Assembly (NCBI GenBank): GCA_977018835.1
Contig: OZ361259.1
Span: forward strand, 3,782,001-3,846,000
DNA: 64,000 nt
Source of the DNA: Minutocellus sp. GHC0000111
Lineage: Eukaryota
Direction: 5' to 3'
Positions 1 to 13,600 of the stretch are shown one piece after another. Within the stretch, counting starts at the first letter, position 1. Every line of letters begins with the position of its first letter. The position numbers were made by a program, and so were the translations under genes. Under the pieces are notes generated by a model that was given only the letters and a program-made list of their open reading frames with translations, had not been told where the DNA came from and ran no database searches.

Positions 1-2069
1 GGAAGTGGGTGTGGTTTCGACGAGAGGATTGCCAAATTTGCATCCCTCAAGAGTCTGCGTGCCCGACGATGCAACCTCGCCGATCCTCTGCCGTGGACCT
101 CGGCCCTGAGCACGTTGGACAATTTGACCATCTTGGACCTGAGCAGCAATGGCGACGGGATCCGCGTGGCATGCCTCGAATATCTCCCCATGACGATTCG
201 GGAGGTGGATTTGAGTGATAACGCGATTGAACGGTTGACGGAGGTGGACGTATCTGAGGGTATGCTGGACCTGCCATTGTGCTGCCGAATTTGGTCAGCC
301 TGGATGTTTCCCAGAATAGGCTGACGACGTTGCCGCCCAATATGGAGGTGCCCAGTTTGCAGACCTTGCGATTTGGTACCAATCGCATCAACACAATACC
401 GGATGATTTGATTGTGCAGTGTTCCCGATCTTTGTCTACCCTGGAGGGTCCAGGCAATCAACTTCGGGCTGTGCCCGATCTATTCGGTTGCCGACGGCTT
501 CAAGTTGTAGACCTGTGTGATAATAGTTTGACTGCCTGTCCTGGAGTCAACCCGTCCTTGGTGCGGTTGAGCCTCAATGATAATTCGATATCATCCCTTG
601 GTGAATTATTCTCTGGTGCACAGCGTGGAAGTGATACGTTCCGATCGAATCTTACCGAGCTACGATTGCGGGGGAATAAGCTGTCACAATTGGATGGCGA
701 TATCGTGAGATGCCTGACCAAGGTGGTGGTACTGGACGTAGCGCAAAACGATTTGACAGATCTACCTCGAGTATTGGGATATCTACCAGAATTGCGCCGC
801 GTACCGTTGGAGGGCAATGCCCTGCGGGTCATTCGAAGTCCCCTCGCTAGCAACATTGCAGCTCTCAAGGACTTTCTGAGGAAGAGGGGGCCGCCACCTC
901 CAGGACCCGATTATCTGGAGGGACCTGACCCGGCTTCCTCTGGTGTTGATGCTGATGGTTCTACTCCGCCCTTGTCAAGCAATGCGGAGACAAAGATAAT
1001 CGTGCAGTCTGCACTCGTTGGAACCCACACATTGGATTTGAGTGGGAAGAATCTACAAAGGCTACCAAATGATTTGAATATGGAATTGATGAGCCGCTCT
1101 ACCAGCGCTACCGCTGCTCCTGGTGCCACCACGGGAGGCAATATCAAGAAGTTGAATTGTTCCAAGAATGCTTTGACGACACTGGATGGTTGGCTGCAGA
1201 CTCTGCCGGCTATATCATCAATCGATGCTTCGCAGAATCAGATTGATGCTCTCCCTGATTGCTTAGCTGATTTACCCTTGGCCGACATTCGTCTCGCAAG
1301 GAACCGCCTGTCATTCATGACAATAGCAAGTAGCCCGCTTTGTCTGGCCAGTGTATCATCATCTTTGGCAATGAGTTTGAGTTATTTGGATTTATCTGGA
1401 AATGGCTTGGAGTTGTTTCCAAGTGATTTGAGCAAGCTTCCAGCCCTGTCGACGCTCCTCCTATCGAACAATCGGATCCGAACCCTTGCAGCTGGAGGGC
1501 ACAACGGCAAGCCAAGTGGATGGTGCAAGGGATTCAAGGCTCTCGAGACACTGAATCTATCGGGCAATCAGATATCGGACCTTGGCGAGTTTCCTCGTTG
1601 TCTGATCGAGTGCTGTCCTCTTCTGCGTGGCCTTTCACTCCAAAACAATGAGCTTTCCCTCATCCCACCAGCCTTGGGTATGCTTCAGAATCTAACCAGC
1701 ATCGACTTGAGGGGCAATCCGCAGCGGGGCATTCGAATGGGTATCCTTGATCGGAGTTGTACTGAGATATTGACTTATCTGAGAGGGCGCATGGATGAGA
1801 GAGAACGCCAAAGCCTTGAGGCGTTGTTGCAGTTGACAAAGCCATCTGAAGGAGGTGAATCGGAATCAGGTAAGTCAGCATCGTCCAACGAAAAAGAAGG
1901 AAGCAGCAAAGTCGAGGAACTCAAGAGGTCCATCGAGGATATTACCATGGAACTCAACAATGTACATCTAACGGAAGCAACCAAGTATGCGAAAAAGAAA
2001 CAGCTGGCGATGACCAAGGCCAGGCTCATCAAAGAGGAGAGACTCCTTCGAATGCAACAGCAGAGTTGA
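1..2069 (+). CDS. Leucine-rich repeat protein (LRRC40-like), 5' end outside window, apparent 1-nt frameshift near 258
   Basis: Many LxxLxLxxNxL repeats (LVSLDVSQNRL, LTELRLRGNKL, LETLNLSGNQI). Frame 1 is open from base 1 with LRRs (LTILDLSSN, IREVDLSDNAI) and switches to the 279..2069 frame at GAGGGTAT. Confidence 0.85.
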
Positions 2070-2315
2070 GCCTATTATAGAGCGAAAGAAAACATCTGCT
2101 GTTTCTAATCTAGCGAAGAGTACATATTAGAGTACACTTGTATCGTATGGATTGCAAGAGGTACCTAGCTGTTACATGCGATTATTCAATCCAAATAGGT
2201 ACAATCGCAACGCCAAAATCAAAATGGATAACTCAAACCTGCCCAACCGTGAGCACTTCTGAATCAATCCGCATGTCGTGTTTTTCTTTCTATTTCACAC
2301 ATCATATCCAATCCT

Positions 2316-3396
2316 CTAACCAATAAGAATCTTGGCCTCGTCAGTGAACTTGTACGGGGGGATCTCCAGGTTAAGGGGTGCGGGTCCCTTACGGATGCGA
2401 CCGCTGGTGTCGTAGTGCGAACCGTGGCACGGGCAGAACCAACCGTTGTACTCGCCGGCATTGCCGATGGGGACGCAGCCCAAGTGGGTGCAGATGCCAA
2501 GGACGACGAGCCACTCGGGCTTGAGGGTACGGTCCTCGTCGGACTCCTGATCACGGAGGGCTTTCATGGGGACGGCGGTTTCGGTGGAGATCTCGTCGCC
2601 GGTGCGGTGGCGGATGAAGACGGGCTTGCCGCGCCACTTGACAGTAATGGTCTTGCCCTCGGAAATTTCGGACAGGTCGAACTCGGCGGAGGCCATGGCC
2701 AGAACGTCGGCGGACGCGGACATGGAGGAGACGAACTTGACGACAAGGATGCGGGCCGTGGAGGCGTAGGCGAAGCGGACGCCGGAGAGCATGAGGTAGG
2801 TGAAGGCACGACGCTCGGGCTCGGCCACTCGATCAATTCGGTCGGCGGTGTATCCCTTATCGACACTGCCGAGCTCGTAAAGCTCGGGCGAAGAGGAGAG
2901 ACTCCTTTGGGAAAGCACCGGCTGCTGCATTGCCTTGAAGGCAGCTGTGGTTGGGTTTAGGAGAAGGAGGGCAGCACACACAGATGGATCAGGGGGTCAG
3001 CAAGACGAGTTTTACACGGAAAAATGCAAGCGAAAACCGACTCATACGCAAAATCGCAAGATACGAAGCTATCGAGACCAAATCGTCACACACCACCACA
3101 TGACAGCTTCGACTATCACCCCCCAAGCAATACTGCAGCGTTCCATCTCCTCTCTATCCCTCTCCCAGCCGCAGAACCACCCCACCACCATAATCCGTTG
3201 GTAGTGTGCATACAGTCCGGTAACAAAAACCAGCGATTGGATGGCGGACCGCCGATGCCTTTATGTGCCGTCTCTCCCCCATATCATCTCCGGTCAACAG
3301 ACCCGACTCACTCGAAGCAGTCTGCTGCTGGAACGAACCGGTCGCCCGGGCCGCGGCCCGTGGCGCCAGTCTGGTGGCTGCCCTGAAAGCGTTCAT
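2316..3396 (-). CDS. RIP1: Mitochondrial cytochrome bc1 Rieske iron-sulfur subunit; exons 3396-3312 and 2944-2316
   Basis: Rieske boxes CTHLGCVP and CPCHGSHY, plus [11 protein letters not shown] and GPAPLNL. Arg/Ala-rich presequence [13 protein letters not shown] in exon 1. GTGAGT donor and CACAG acceptor join in phase 1. Confidence 0.95.
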
Positions 3397-3568
3397 CTTG
3401 ACGGAGCAGTGACCCAGCGCCTTCCGCTCCATCGCTGCTGCCCTTCGTCGAAAAAGCGGGGATTTAGGAAGTGGTTCCTTTTTTGAGTCGATTTGCCCCC
3501 CAAATCTCTCGACTCGACTCACTCGAACAACATCGCACTCTGACGTTGAGCTCATATGTACATCCAAG

Positions 3569-4594
3569 ATGGTGGTTCCAGGAGCATCTCGCCGTACCAC
3601 CGGTTCCTCTGCCTCGCTTTTAGTGGCATGCATGACGGTGGGAACGACGAGCGCCTTCTGTTCCTCTCCCAAATCTCAGCACATCCTGCCTTACACGCCG
3701 AGAAGCAGTGCTGGTAGCAGCACGTGCCCTCATTCTCGATTGAAGTTGCCACCGGCGACTTCTCCCTTGTTCCTTGCCTCCAATGCTAGTAACGACGACG
3801 AACAAGACGAGGGATACACGGAGGGTGAAGCATTGGCTGCCAAGTTCTACGACCTCGTCCGTTCCAAGGAATCGTCGGCAGCATCTGACACTGAAGACGA
3901 TGATGGCAAGAGGGCCGAGCGGGAGGAATACCGACGATTGCTGGAACAGCAGCGAAGGATTGACGAGCAGGAGAAAAGGGACCAACAACAACAGAACAAC
4001 TCACAACCGCCAGGACCAAAGTCACCCCTCACCCCCGAGGAGGAGTCAGAAATTCGTGCAAGAGACGCATTCTCCAATAGGAGGGAGGTGAGCGTATCAA
4101 AAGACGGCGTGGTCCAGTCCTCCGGTAGTGCCAGCAGTGGACGAAAGAAATTCACAGGAGCAGCATCCAACGTACCCCCGCGGCTCGACTCGACCGGATC
4201 GCCATCAGCGGGACTCTTCTCCGGTCGAGGTGGCAGCGTCTTTTCTTACCCCGATGGGTCCATGGGCGCTGGCCCGGCATCAGCATCCGGTGGCGATGCT
4301 GCTGCACCCGCCGGCGATGCCAGGTCACGCATGATGGAGAGAGAGTTCAACCTGGTAAGCTGGGCCAGTGGGGCTGGATTCTACGCACTTGCGGCCCTGC
4401 TGGCGGTATCTCTCGTCGGTGTTCTTTACGTCGGTGCTACCGGCGGCATTACCGATGGCTCCGAGCGCTTTGTAGAGGCATCCGAATTCAATGTAATTGG
4501 CGATTTCACAGCTGAGGGGAATGGAATTACCCCCGACGACTGGAAAAATGCGGAGATCCCGTCCAAGATGGAGGGAACGTCCGTGTGGCTTTGA
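3569..4594 (+). CDS. Hypothetical, probably plastid-targeted membrane protein
   Basis: 341-aa ORF with a signal-peptide-like start ending TSA-F, a Ser/Pro-rich transit-like region and one hydrophobic helix (FYALAALLAVSLVGVLYVG). Divergent from the Rieske gene. Confidence 0.65.
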   Translation: MVVPGASRRTTGSSASLLVACMTVGTTSAFCSSPKSQHILPYTPRSSAGSSTCPHSRLKLPPATSPLFLASNASNDDEQDEGYTEGEALAAKFYDLVRSKESSAASDTEDDDGKRAEREEYRRLLEQQRRIDEQEKRDQQQQNNSQPPGPKSPLTPEEESEIRARDAFSNRREVSVSKDGVVQSSGSASSGRKKFTGAASNVPPRLDSTGSPSAGLFSGRGGSVFSYPDGSMGAGPASASGGDAAAPAGDARSRMMEREFNLVSWASGAGFYALAALLAVSLVGVLYVGATGGITDGSERFVEASEFNVIGDFTAEGNGITPDDWKNAEIPSKMEGTSVWL

Positions 4595-5288
4595 TTTTAT
4601 TTCACAGATAAAACAAATGTTGTGCTCATGGCAATGGAGTGTGCTAACGCGATGGGGAATACACTATGCACTCATTTTGTCGAGAGAAGTTTCTTTTTGG
4701 AGCACTGCCTGTGCAGCAGCCCGCTCTTTAATATTATTGCCGCGCCCCATGACAAAGCAACACGATAATACATGGATGGGGGCATTAGACCTGATAGCTT
4801 ACGTAGATTTACTCATTTAAATAAATAAGATATATACATGTATTGAATCCATTCTCCAAGTTCTGGAAGCTCTTCCACTGTCTCTGTCCGTCCTTGTTTT
4901 TGATTGACGACGAACCCATCAATGAAAACGCTTGTCCTCCTCTGCGACACTCTTTGAGTACCACACGAGCGTCCTCTATGGCTCGAGAGCTAGAGGTGTC
5001 GAGGAGCATGCTCATCTACATGTACATGTACTGTGATTTGATTGCAGTGCATGTATACAGCTGAAGGCGACCCAAGCCCGGCCGGCATCATCATCGTTGG
5101 CCGCCGGCCAGACTCGTCCTCTCAGATTCGTCATTCTTACATCACAGAAACTAATGATGGGCCCATCGCAAGCCGAGCAGCCATCCGAGCCATCGCCACG
5201 CAACCAGTCAGCGGTTCATTCCTGCACGGCCGGCACTGTACACTGCATAGAAGACGGCTCCCACACATATACACATAAACAATTCAGA

Positions 5289-6310
5289 ATGACCGAAGTC
5301 AAGGATGCCAGCGGGGGAGCGGCGTCTCCCGCCAAGAAGAGCGGCCGGCGAGCCAGCCGGAAGAGCAGCATTTTTACACGCGCACGGATGAGCTTCGTCA
5401 GGTGAGTTTTGGTCTGGGCGTTGCGCTGTTGGTTCGTTGATGGCTGAGAAGTGGGAAAGATGCTCGTGCTTTCTCGCTGTTGCTGCTTTCAATTGCTCGC
5501 ACCACAAACATTTCTCAAGATGTCACGCACAAAGTCTGGGTATTTAGCGGTGCATTTTCTCACACATTCACACACATATTATTTGCGCACCATCTCTTCG
5601 CTCCGTTCATCAACAGGTCACATGGTCAGAGAGGTGCCGACGTCGAGACTCTTCGTGGTACCTCCGGTGCCAACTATGAAGGAGAGGCAAAAGTGAAACG
5701 AGGAGGCAGCAACAATGGATTCTGCGGATGCTTCGGTGGCAGCAGTGACGGAGAGCCGGTGAGTTTGGTGTGAATATTCCGATCGGCTTCGTTTGATGCT
5801 TGTTTTGTTGAAGGGCGAATAACTCTCGACCGATACTTGCTCCCACATTTCACACTCTTCAACTGACAACATCATAATTTATTGACCAAATCATCTCTTC
5901 CAACGTGGTGATAGACAAAAGATAGATACGTGCTGATCAAAGGAGCTGCTTGTTTCGTCTTTTCAAATGAGGAGGCATCGTCGCCGAAGTATGCCATCAT
6001 GCTTGCTCACATGAAGACGGAGGTGGATGGTGCCACGGTTGTGCTGGAAACGGCCCTTGGCGATGTCGATTATTGCTTCGTCTTCAAAAATGCCGAGGAA
6101 GCCCAGCGCTTTGCTTCCGTCATTGCCGAGCAGGCGGCCATTGCGGAGGCTGAACAGATCAAGGAAAGGTTGGGCCATGGCCACATGCTCAAGAAGCGGT
6201 CGTCGGTAAGGTACGCACAGAGCATTGCCGCAAAGAAGGAGAAGGACCAGCCCGAGCAGCCGCTGACTGCTGCAGAGGTGATGGCGGCCGTGCCCATGAC
6301 GAATATTTAG
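5289..6310 (+). CDS. Hypothetical protein, possibly PH-like fold; exons 5289-5401, 5617-5758, 5915-6310
   Basis: Two GTGAGT donors with CAG and TAG acceptors join three ORF pieces in frame (…MSFVR-SHGQRG…DGEP-TKDRYVLIKG…). Confidence 0.65.
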
Positions 6311-6768
6311 TGAATCCCAATGAATTCGGATTGAGATCGGAACGTCAGGATCCCCCTGTGGTTTGAAGAATGGTTTGGTGATGAAGTTCAATAAAGCCAC
6401 TCCCACCTGCACGTCACATGATTATTGCTTTAGTTCAAGAAGGTCAATGAATATGAATGGATGCCAATACAGAAATATTGCTTTCCGTGCCAATGCGTCG
6501 GTATTTGAACGATTATCGATAAAGGGATGATTGATCCACGTCATAGTAAACTATCAATTCGTTCACTTACGTTATTTGAAGGCTATGTTATTGTATAATC
6601 GGATTTGTTTTTGGTTCCATCTTGGGGCTGATTTTCCGCATGTCCGCTGCATGTAGCTGTCTTTGCAGTACAATTGTATTGGCATTACCACTACAAATTG
6701 CTTTGCAACACAGGCAGATCTGATCGGACCTCTGGCTTCTTATGCTTCCCTTTTTGCATCTCCTCGCT

Positions 6769-7477
6769 TCAGGCCTTCTTATCAGGATTGCCAGCCACAG
6801 ACACCAAGTTGATACAATACCGAGAACCCGATCGATCCGGCAAGTTGTGGCCCAAGTGAGTGCCGTCCACACTGACCGTTTCACCGTCGGGGAGAACTCG
6901 TACGTGATCCCACACAACCTCAGAATCTCGGAATGAAGGCCACCCGTGCATCTTGCTCTCCAACAAAAATTGAGACATAGTCCTCCCGCGGGGGGTAACG
7001 AATAGCGGCTTGCCAGTGTTGGAATCATAAAAGGTAATCTCCTTTCCCTCCTCAGTCTGCTCGCACTCCTTGCGGAAGGTTGTCTTCTCAAAGTATCCAC
7101 TGTGCTCGGCGTACTGCGATTCACATGTGCAAATGGGGGGTGGAAATGTATTAGCAAAAAGTGAAACATATCCCAAGCAAGAGTAATCATACTATTAGGC
7201 GACAATGTACATTTACTCACGTGGCGATTGTACTGTAGATCAATAAGGGGAGGGATAACAAGGAGGAAGTTCGTGAGCTTGATCATGCCATAGTCCAACC
7301 ATCCTGAAATCCGATGCCGATCACATAAGTACTCACGTTGCAAATGCGGTCGGCGGTCTCCCAATCGCAATTCCATCTCAAATTCTGCTGAACAGGCACC
7401 ATGGATGTGCCATGCTCTTTGGGCGACATGATGGCCTCGTCGCCCATTACGCAGGGAGGTGGGTACTTGGCGCTCAT
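6769..7477 (-). CDS. msrB: Methionine-R-sulfoxide reductase B-like protein; exons 7477-7337, 7232-7221 (12 nt), 7113-6769
   Basis: MsrB motifs GWPSF, HLGH and RYCIN. Spliced product reads ADRICN-YNRH-YAEHSGY with canonical GTGAGT/CAG sites, all phase 0. Confidence 0.8.
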
Positions 7478-7610
7478 GGCGTGGATGGTTTGCCTGTTTG
7501 CCTGATCGAAATGAGACTGAGTTTCACAAAAGCTAAAAATTATTGGAGACCTGAAGTACAGGCGCCTGTGCGATTTGACGGTTGACCATCCTGCCATTTC
7601 TCGAGAAAAG

Positions 7611-10600
7611 ATGGAGATCTACCGGGACGGCGGTGGAAGTGCCGCTGTTGGCGCTTCGGAACCAATGACGCCTTCCCGTACTGGTAGGCGTCGTGGTCTC
7701 AGCAGCAGCAGCAATGGAATTGGTGGTATTCGGCAGCAAAAACCATTGCCAAAAGCGTCGTCCAGACACGTGCAGGACGAGGAGGAAGATGCGCATGATT
7801 CAAAGACTGCCTCACGACGGGAACGACGGAAGAGTACCGCGTTGACTCCCAAGAAGCCGTCCGACATGAACAAGAAAAGGAAGCGCAAGTCGTTGCAAGA
7901 TAAGAAGGCTGCCATGACGTTTGGGAGTGATTTGGACAAGGGTACCACCACCACTACCACTACCAAGGAGAACACGTCTTGCAGCAGCAGCACATCAACG
8001 ACGAAAATGGCAACATCTCAAGTAGTTACGACGTCAAGTAGTAGAACCAAGATCCGGACGCCTGAGAGCAAGATTGTCAAGCCCAAGGCATCGTTGTCTC
8101 GTATCGGCCTATCATCATCAGATTCGGGTAGTGCCGAGTCGTCTCAGTCGATAGTATCCACCGACACCAACATCACCTCCAAACCGGCCTCTACAAAAGC
8201 TCATGATATGAGTAGCAAGGCCAGCACCGCTGGTACCAAGACAGGTACTACTCCGTCCTCCAGCTCCAGGGGTAGTAGCAGCAACCTGCGGAAATTCATC
8301 CAGCAGCGCCGAAAGGAGATCCGATCATCGGCCGAGAAGGATACGACTTCCGGTGGCAATGGTATTGTTGCTTCTATCGATGCCAAGGATGTTGAGACTG
8401 TTACTGCTCCTGCGGCAACGGCCAAAACTGTTCGTTTTGAGGCCGATGAGGTTGCTACTACCCGAGGAACAGAAGAAGGTGATAGTACTGGTAGTGGAAC
8501 GCTGATGGATTTGACGGACGAATTTAGACAGGAGGTAGCGGATGCCAAGCCCAAGCCCAAGGAAGAACTGGTAGTCCCTGAAGCAGGAGCATCATTGGAG
8601 AAACCATCAATTGTCACTGCAACCAAGACACTTCCGACACTTTCTTTGGGCAAGTTTCAGGAAAGTCTGTGGCTGGACTTTGGCGGTGAACATCGCAATA
8701 TTGTGGGAAAGACTCGGTCCATGTCCTTTCTCTTGGAAGCTCCCCAGAATGATTCCGAGAAGTCTTCCTCCTCTTCTGGCTACTACAGTGTCGAATTTGA
8801 GCGAGTTCCATTCAAGAAGGGATTTAATCTGATTGTTGAGGAAGATGCGTCGTCATCGCCGTCATCGGGCGATGCCACTTCAGCAGGTGCTCGTAGTGGT
8901 GGTGCTGACGATTCTGCGTGCTCGAGATTGCTGACTGGCAGTAACAGCGCCGTTGACGAAAGTACAACAGCTGGGAGCGACCGGACAAGACCCACTGTTC
9001 TGTGCATCAAGAATGGTGATCGCAAGCGATTGCGTCTGACTTGGACTCCTACCGAGGCTGGCGGCGTGAGGGAGGTGGTACATCTCAAGCTTCCGAGGGG
9101 ACGCATTCGCATCACTGCTCATGGCAAGGCTCGAGCGATTGATAACGTGAAGAAGAGTAAGAAAAGGGCTACCAACAACAAGACGGTAAGTAGATACCTT
9201 GGGAGTCGTATGGTAGCTGGCGCATTATGGGCTACATTCTTCAATGAAATTTTCACTCACAAGCATAGTATATATTCTTCTCTACGATCGTACCGTCAAA
9301 TACTATCCACAGACTGTCGACAAGGAAAATTATGTCAAGGGATCTCTCCATACTTCATCAGGTCCATCAACGCCGCACCAATCGGCTCGGAAAAATGGCG
9401 TGCGGTTCGTTTCTTCGACGCCTGCACCAGACTTTTCGACGCCCAAAACGGTGTACTCCAAGTCATCGCCCGGTGGCAATATCACATCTGCATCCAAGGC
9501 TCGAGCTCAAATTACGTACGATAGCGAATGGGCCGAGAAGCAGTGCGACGCATTTGCCAAATGGCTCAACTATTCTTTTTCACCGACGGAGGATATTGCT
9601 CATGAGCTGAGTCTACAAGATGGTGGGGTGGATTCGTCCTCAATGACCCGTGCTGGATTGAGAACTTTACTCCTTCACAGGCGGAGAGCCCAGGGCCACA
9701 AGAAGGCTGCCGAGTTGTATCAGACGGAGGAAATGGTGCAGGTTCGACATGCCATCGAGGCCGAGGTAGCGAGTGGCAAGCTTTCCATCCGCTCGGACCG
9801 CGATGTGTTTGTTGATGTGGGTCTCCGAGGCCAAGTCATGTCCCTTCTCATGTCATATGCCACCCCTTGGTTGCGTTTGGGACTGGAAACTATCTTTGGA
9901 GAGATCCTCTCGGGGGATATTTCGGCAAGAGGAAGAAATGGAGCAGTTCTACGGCCGAGGGCAATGTTGAAGCGTTTCATCATGGAACGTGTCTTTTCGG
10001 ATCCTGCTCTGTCGAAAAAGTTTACGGGTGGGCGCCATGCTACCGGTACCAAGACCCTCTCTGGTCGCTTCGATAAGGAGTACAAAAAGGCCATGCGTCA
10101 GCATGCACTGCGCTGCATCTTGCTTCTTGTGGCATTTTTGGATCGGGCCAAGATGGAGAATGTTCTGGAAACAGTGCCCTGCCTCTTTACCCGCAAGGGT
10201 GACGTCAAGTCGTCAAGGGATGTAATTACCGCCGTCTGTCGCGATCTATTGTTCAAGGAGGGCAACATTTTCAAGCATCTGTCAAAAATGGGACTTTCCT
10301 TCGAGTATAAGCAGGCCCCTATCGATGAGTACAACTATGCCATTGAGAATCTAGCCATCGATCTTCGAGATGGAGTCCGTTTGGCCCGCATGGCGGAAAT
10401 ATTGACCAATGATACGTCGTCGTCTCTCGTTCAGCAAATGAGATTGCCAACAATTTCGAGGTTGCAAAAGCTCCACAATACCGAGGTTGCTCTCTCTGCC
10501 CTCGTGGAAGCAGGTGTGCCAAATCTACAAGATATTGCCACACATCACATTGTGGATGGTCATCGTCCTCGAGTCCTCAAGCTTTTGTGGTCGACAATTG

Positions 10601-13600
10601 CTCATTTCCAACTCCCTTCTCTACTGAGTTTAGATCTTCTTCGTGGGGAGATTGCAAATGTCCATCGAGCCAACAAGAGTCGACGGGTACTTTCGATGCG
10701 TTGCATTGGCAGTACATGTACTGCGGATGAGGACGAATTAGATGGCAGGCTATCGCTGCAGGACGGAGTGGAGGCTGAGATTGGGGCTCTCCTTTTGCAA
10801 TGGTGCCAAGCTGTATGCTCATGCTTTGGTCTGTCGGTCAAGAACTTTACCTCGTCCTTTGCTGATGGCAAGGTACTTTGTTATCTCCTCCACTACTACC
10901 ACCCGGGATTGCTGCGACGGAATGAAATTCTAACCACCACGAGAGATTTGCCCAAGGACAGCGATGCAATCCAACGACGATCTGGAGAAGCTTACGAGAA
11001 GGCGTTGAGTAACGAGCGCAAGAATTCCACCCTGGCCAATAAGCGAATGTCCGAGCTCGGAGGCGTCCCTGGTATGCTCCCAATCACCTGTTCCACTCAC
11101 GCTCCCGAGGAGAAGTCGACGCTCTTATGTCTGGCATACCTCTGTTCGAGATTGATGGAGTCCAGCAAGGAGATTCTAGCGACAATTGCGATACAGAATT
11201 GCTACCGCCGGTATCAGGAGCGCATCCTTCTGGAGAAGAAGAAGGCCGCGGCCAGTATCATCTTTCAGCACTGGCAGAGCAACAAGGCAGCATACTTTGC
11301 CTCTCAGCGACGTCGGTATGGCCCCGCCGTTGGAGTCATTGAGCAATTTGTCTTCAACAACAGAGACAAACTTGCTCTTCTGCGCATAAGGAGGGAGAGG
11401 GAAGAGGCTCAAGCTCAAGCCGCGATCTGCCTTCAATCCACCATGCGTCGGTGGATTGCCTCTCGTGTATTTGAGCGGAGACGCACCGAGCATTTTGCAG
11501 CAACCAAGCTTCAACCCATGTATCGTGGTGCTCTCCAGCGCAGTCGCTACATGGACCTGCAGATCAGCCAGCGCCGTATGCACGCAAAGATGCAAAATGG
11601 AGCTACAAAGATTCAGTCAATGGTTCGCTGCTACATGGCCCGTTCCGACTTTGAGCGTATAAGGTCCAGTGCCATCCGCATCCAATCTTCGTGGAGAGGA
11701 TTTGTCACAGCTCTTCAGTTTCAGTGCAGCCTACTGGACATCATTACCGTCCAAAAGTGCGCTCGTCGTCGAGCAGCTTTGCGAAAGGCTGAACAACGTA
11801 GGTCTGCTGTGATTCTGCTGCAGTCACTTGCAAGAACGAGGTTGGCTGTTCATAGGTTCCAATCAACCCGCTCTCAACACAAGGCTGCTACTGCGATTCA
11901 GCGTCTATTCCGTAGTCACCAGGTTAGACAGACTACCGACATTATGCATTCTGCTGCCACTGTCATCCAATCTTCTTGTAGGTGCTACCAGGCCGAATTG
12001 AAGTACATGGACACTCTGATGGATATAATATTCATCCAATGCTTTGCGCGACGATTCTTAGCCCGAGTAGAGGCAAATCGAAAACGTCTGTCGGTCCTCA
12101 GAATGCAACAGACTGCGCGGATGTGGCTATCTCGTCGGCGACTCGAGAATCTTCGCAAGGATCGAGCCGAGAACGAGCGTATGGAGGCTGCAGCTATTGT
12201 TTGTCAGCGCCTTGTCCGACGCGCTGTTGCTGCCAAGCGTCTCCAGCAGATGCAACAGGAGCATCGCGTGTCCAATGATGCTGCTACCAGTATCCAAGCT
12301 TGTTATCGTGGATACCGTTCCAGACAAGACATTGCCACGAAGCACAGCAGTGCCACGAAGATACAGTCCTCGTGGCGACGATTCACCTGTGAGCTCAAAT
12401 ATCAAATCACCCTCATGGATATTGTGCTGGTACAGTCGTACGCCCGGCGTTTCCTGGCCAAGGTGGAATCCTCCAGAAGGATTGACGCAACGGTCAAGCT
12501 TCAATGTGCAGCTCGAAAGGGTACTGCGCTGCGTCGGGTTCGTGCACGAAAGACGGCATTGTCGGAGGTCGATCGATTTGTCGCTGCCGTCATTATTGGT
12601 CAAAGTGTCGTTCGACGTCGGATTGCCCGAAAGCGCGTCGATCGCAAGAGATCCAAGGTGGCAATGCTCAACTCCTCTGCACTGCGAATTCAGACTGCTT
12701 GGAGGAGATGTTCGGCCCAAATCAAGTATCGGGAAATGCAGCGGACTGAGGAAGAGCGTGCGTTCCATCGCAAGTGCGAAGAATCCACCATTATCATACA
12801 GAAAATGGTCAGAGGACATGGTGCCAGGAGGGCGGTCAAGATGAATATTGCCGCCCGTCAAATCCAAAAGGTTTGGAGAGGATATGTCCAAAACGTTGAG
12901 TTTATGGTTTCCATCCTATCGGCCATTACCATCCAGGCCCAGGCCAGGGCCTTGATCCAACGCAGACGATTTGAGTCCACAAGAAATGCATTGATTGCGA
13001 TCCAGGCGGCCGTTCAAGGATCAAATGCGAGATCTCTGATGCAGCGTCAAAACACAGCAGTCACTCGTATCCAATCCTGGTACCGAGGAAGATTGGCTGC
13101 TCATGAGTACCAACATCATGTTGGGGCCGTCGTCATTGTTCAAAGTGCTGCCCGGGGTTGGCTCGTGAGGAGAGAAGTTGACCTTCTCCACTGTGCCGCT
13201 TGCGAAATCCAGCGAGTGTGGAGAGGTTATCAGGCCAATGTTGACTATATTGTCATGGTGTTGGCTGCTATTCAGATCCAATCCCTTGCTCGCATGGCTG
13301 CAGCTCGTAGCCTATTGGCTACGTTCAATGAACAGAAACTCAATGCCGAGGTAGAACGGCGAGGACGTATTGCTGCAGCGCAAGTGATTCAGCGCAATTA
13401 TCGACGAATCGCTGCGGAACGCATCCTTCACCAAAAGGCTACTGTTCTTCAGCGGTCTGCCCGAGGATATCTTGCCCGACGTCGGGTATCCAAGATGATG
13501 GCAGTCGCCTTTTTCGTTCAGCGAGCCTACCGTGGACGGGTCGTCCGCCTCGCAAGAGGTCGCATGGCTTTAGCTATGGCACGGCGCATCGAGAAGGCGA

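Noticed and set aside
3397..3568. Very short divergent intergenic regions (also 7478-7610)
   Set aside because: Normal for compact algal genomes, and no specific motif could be supported.
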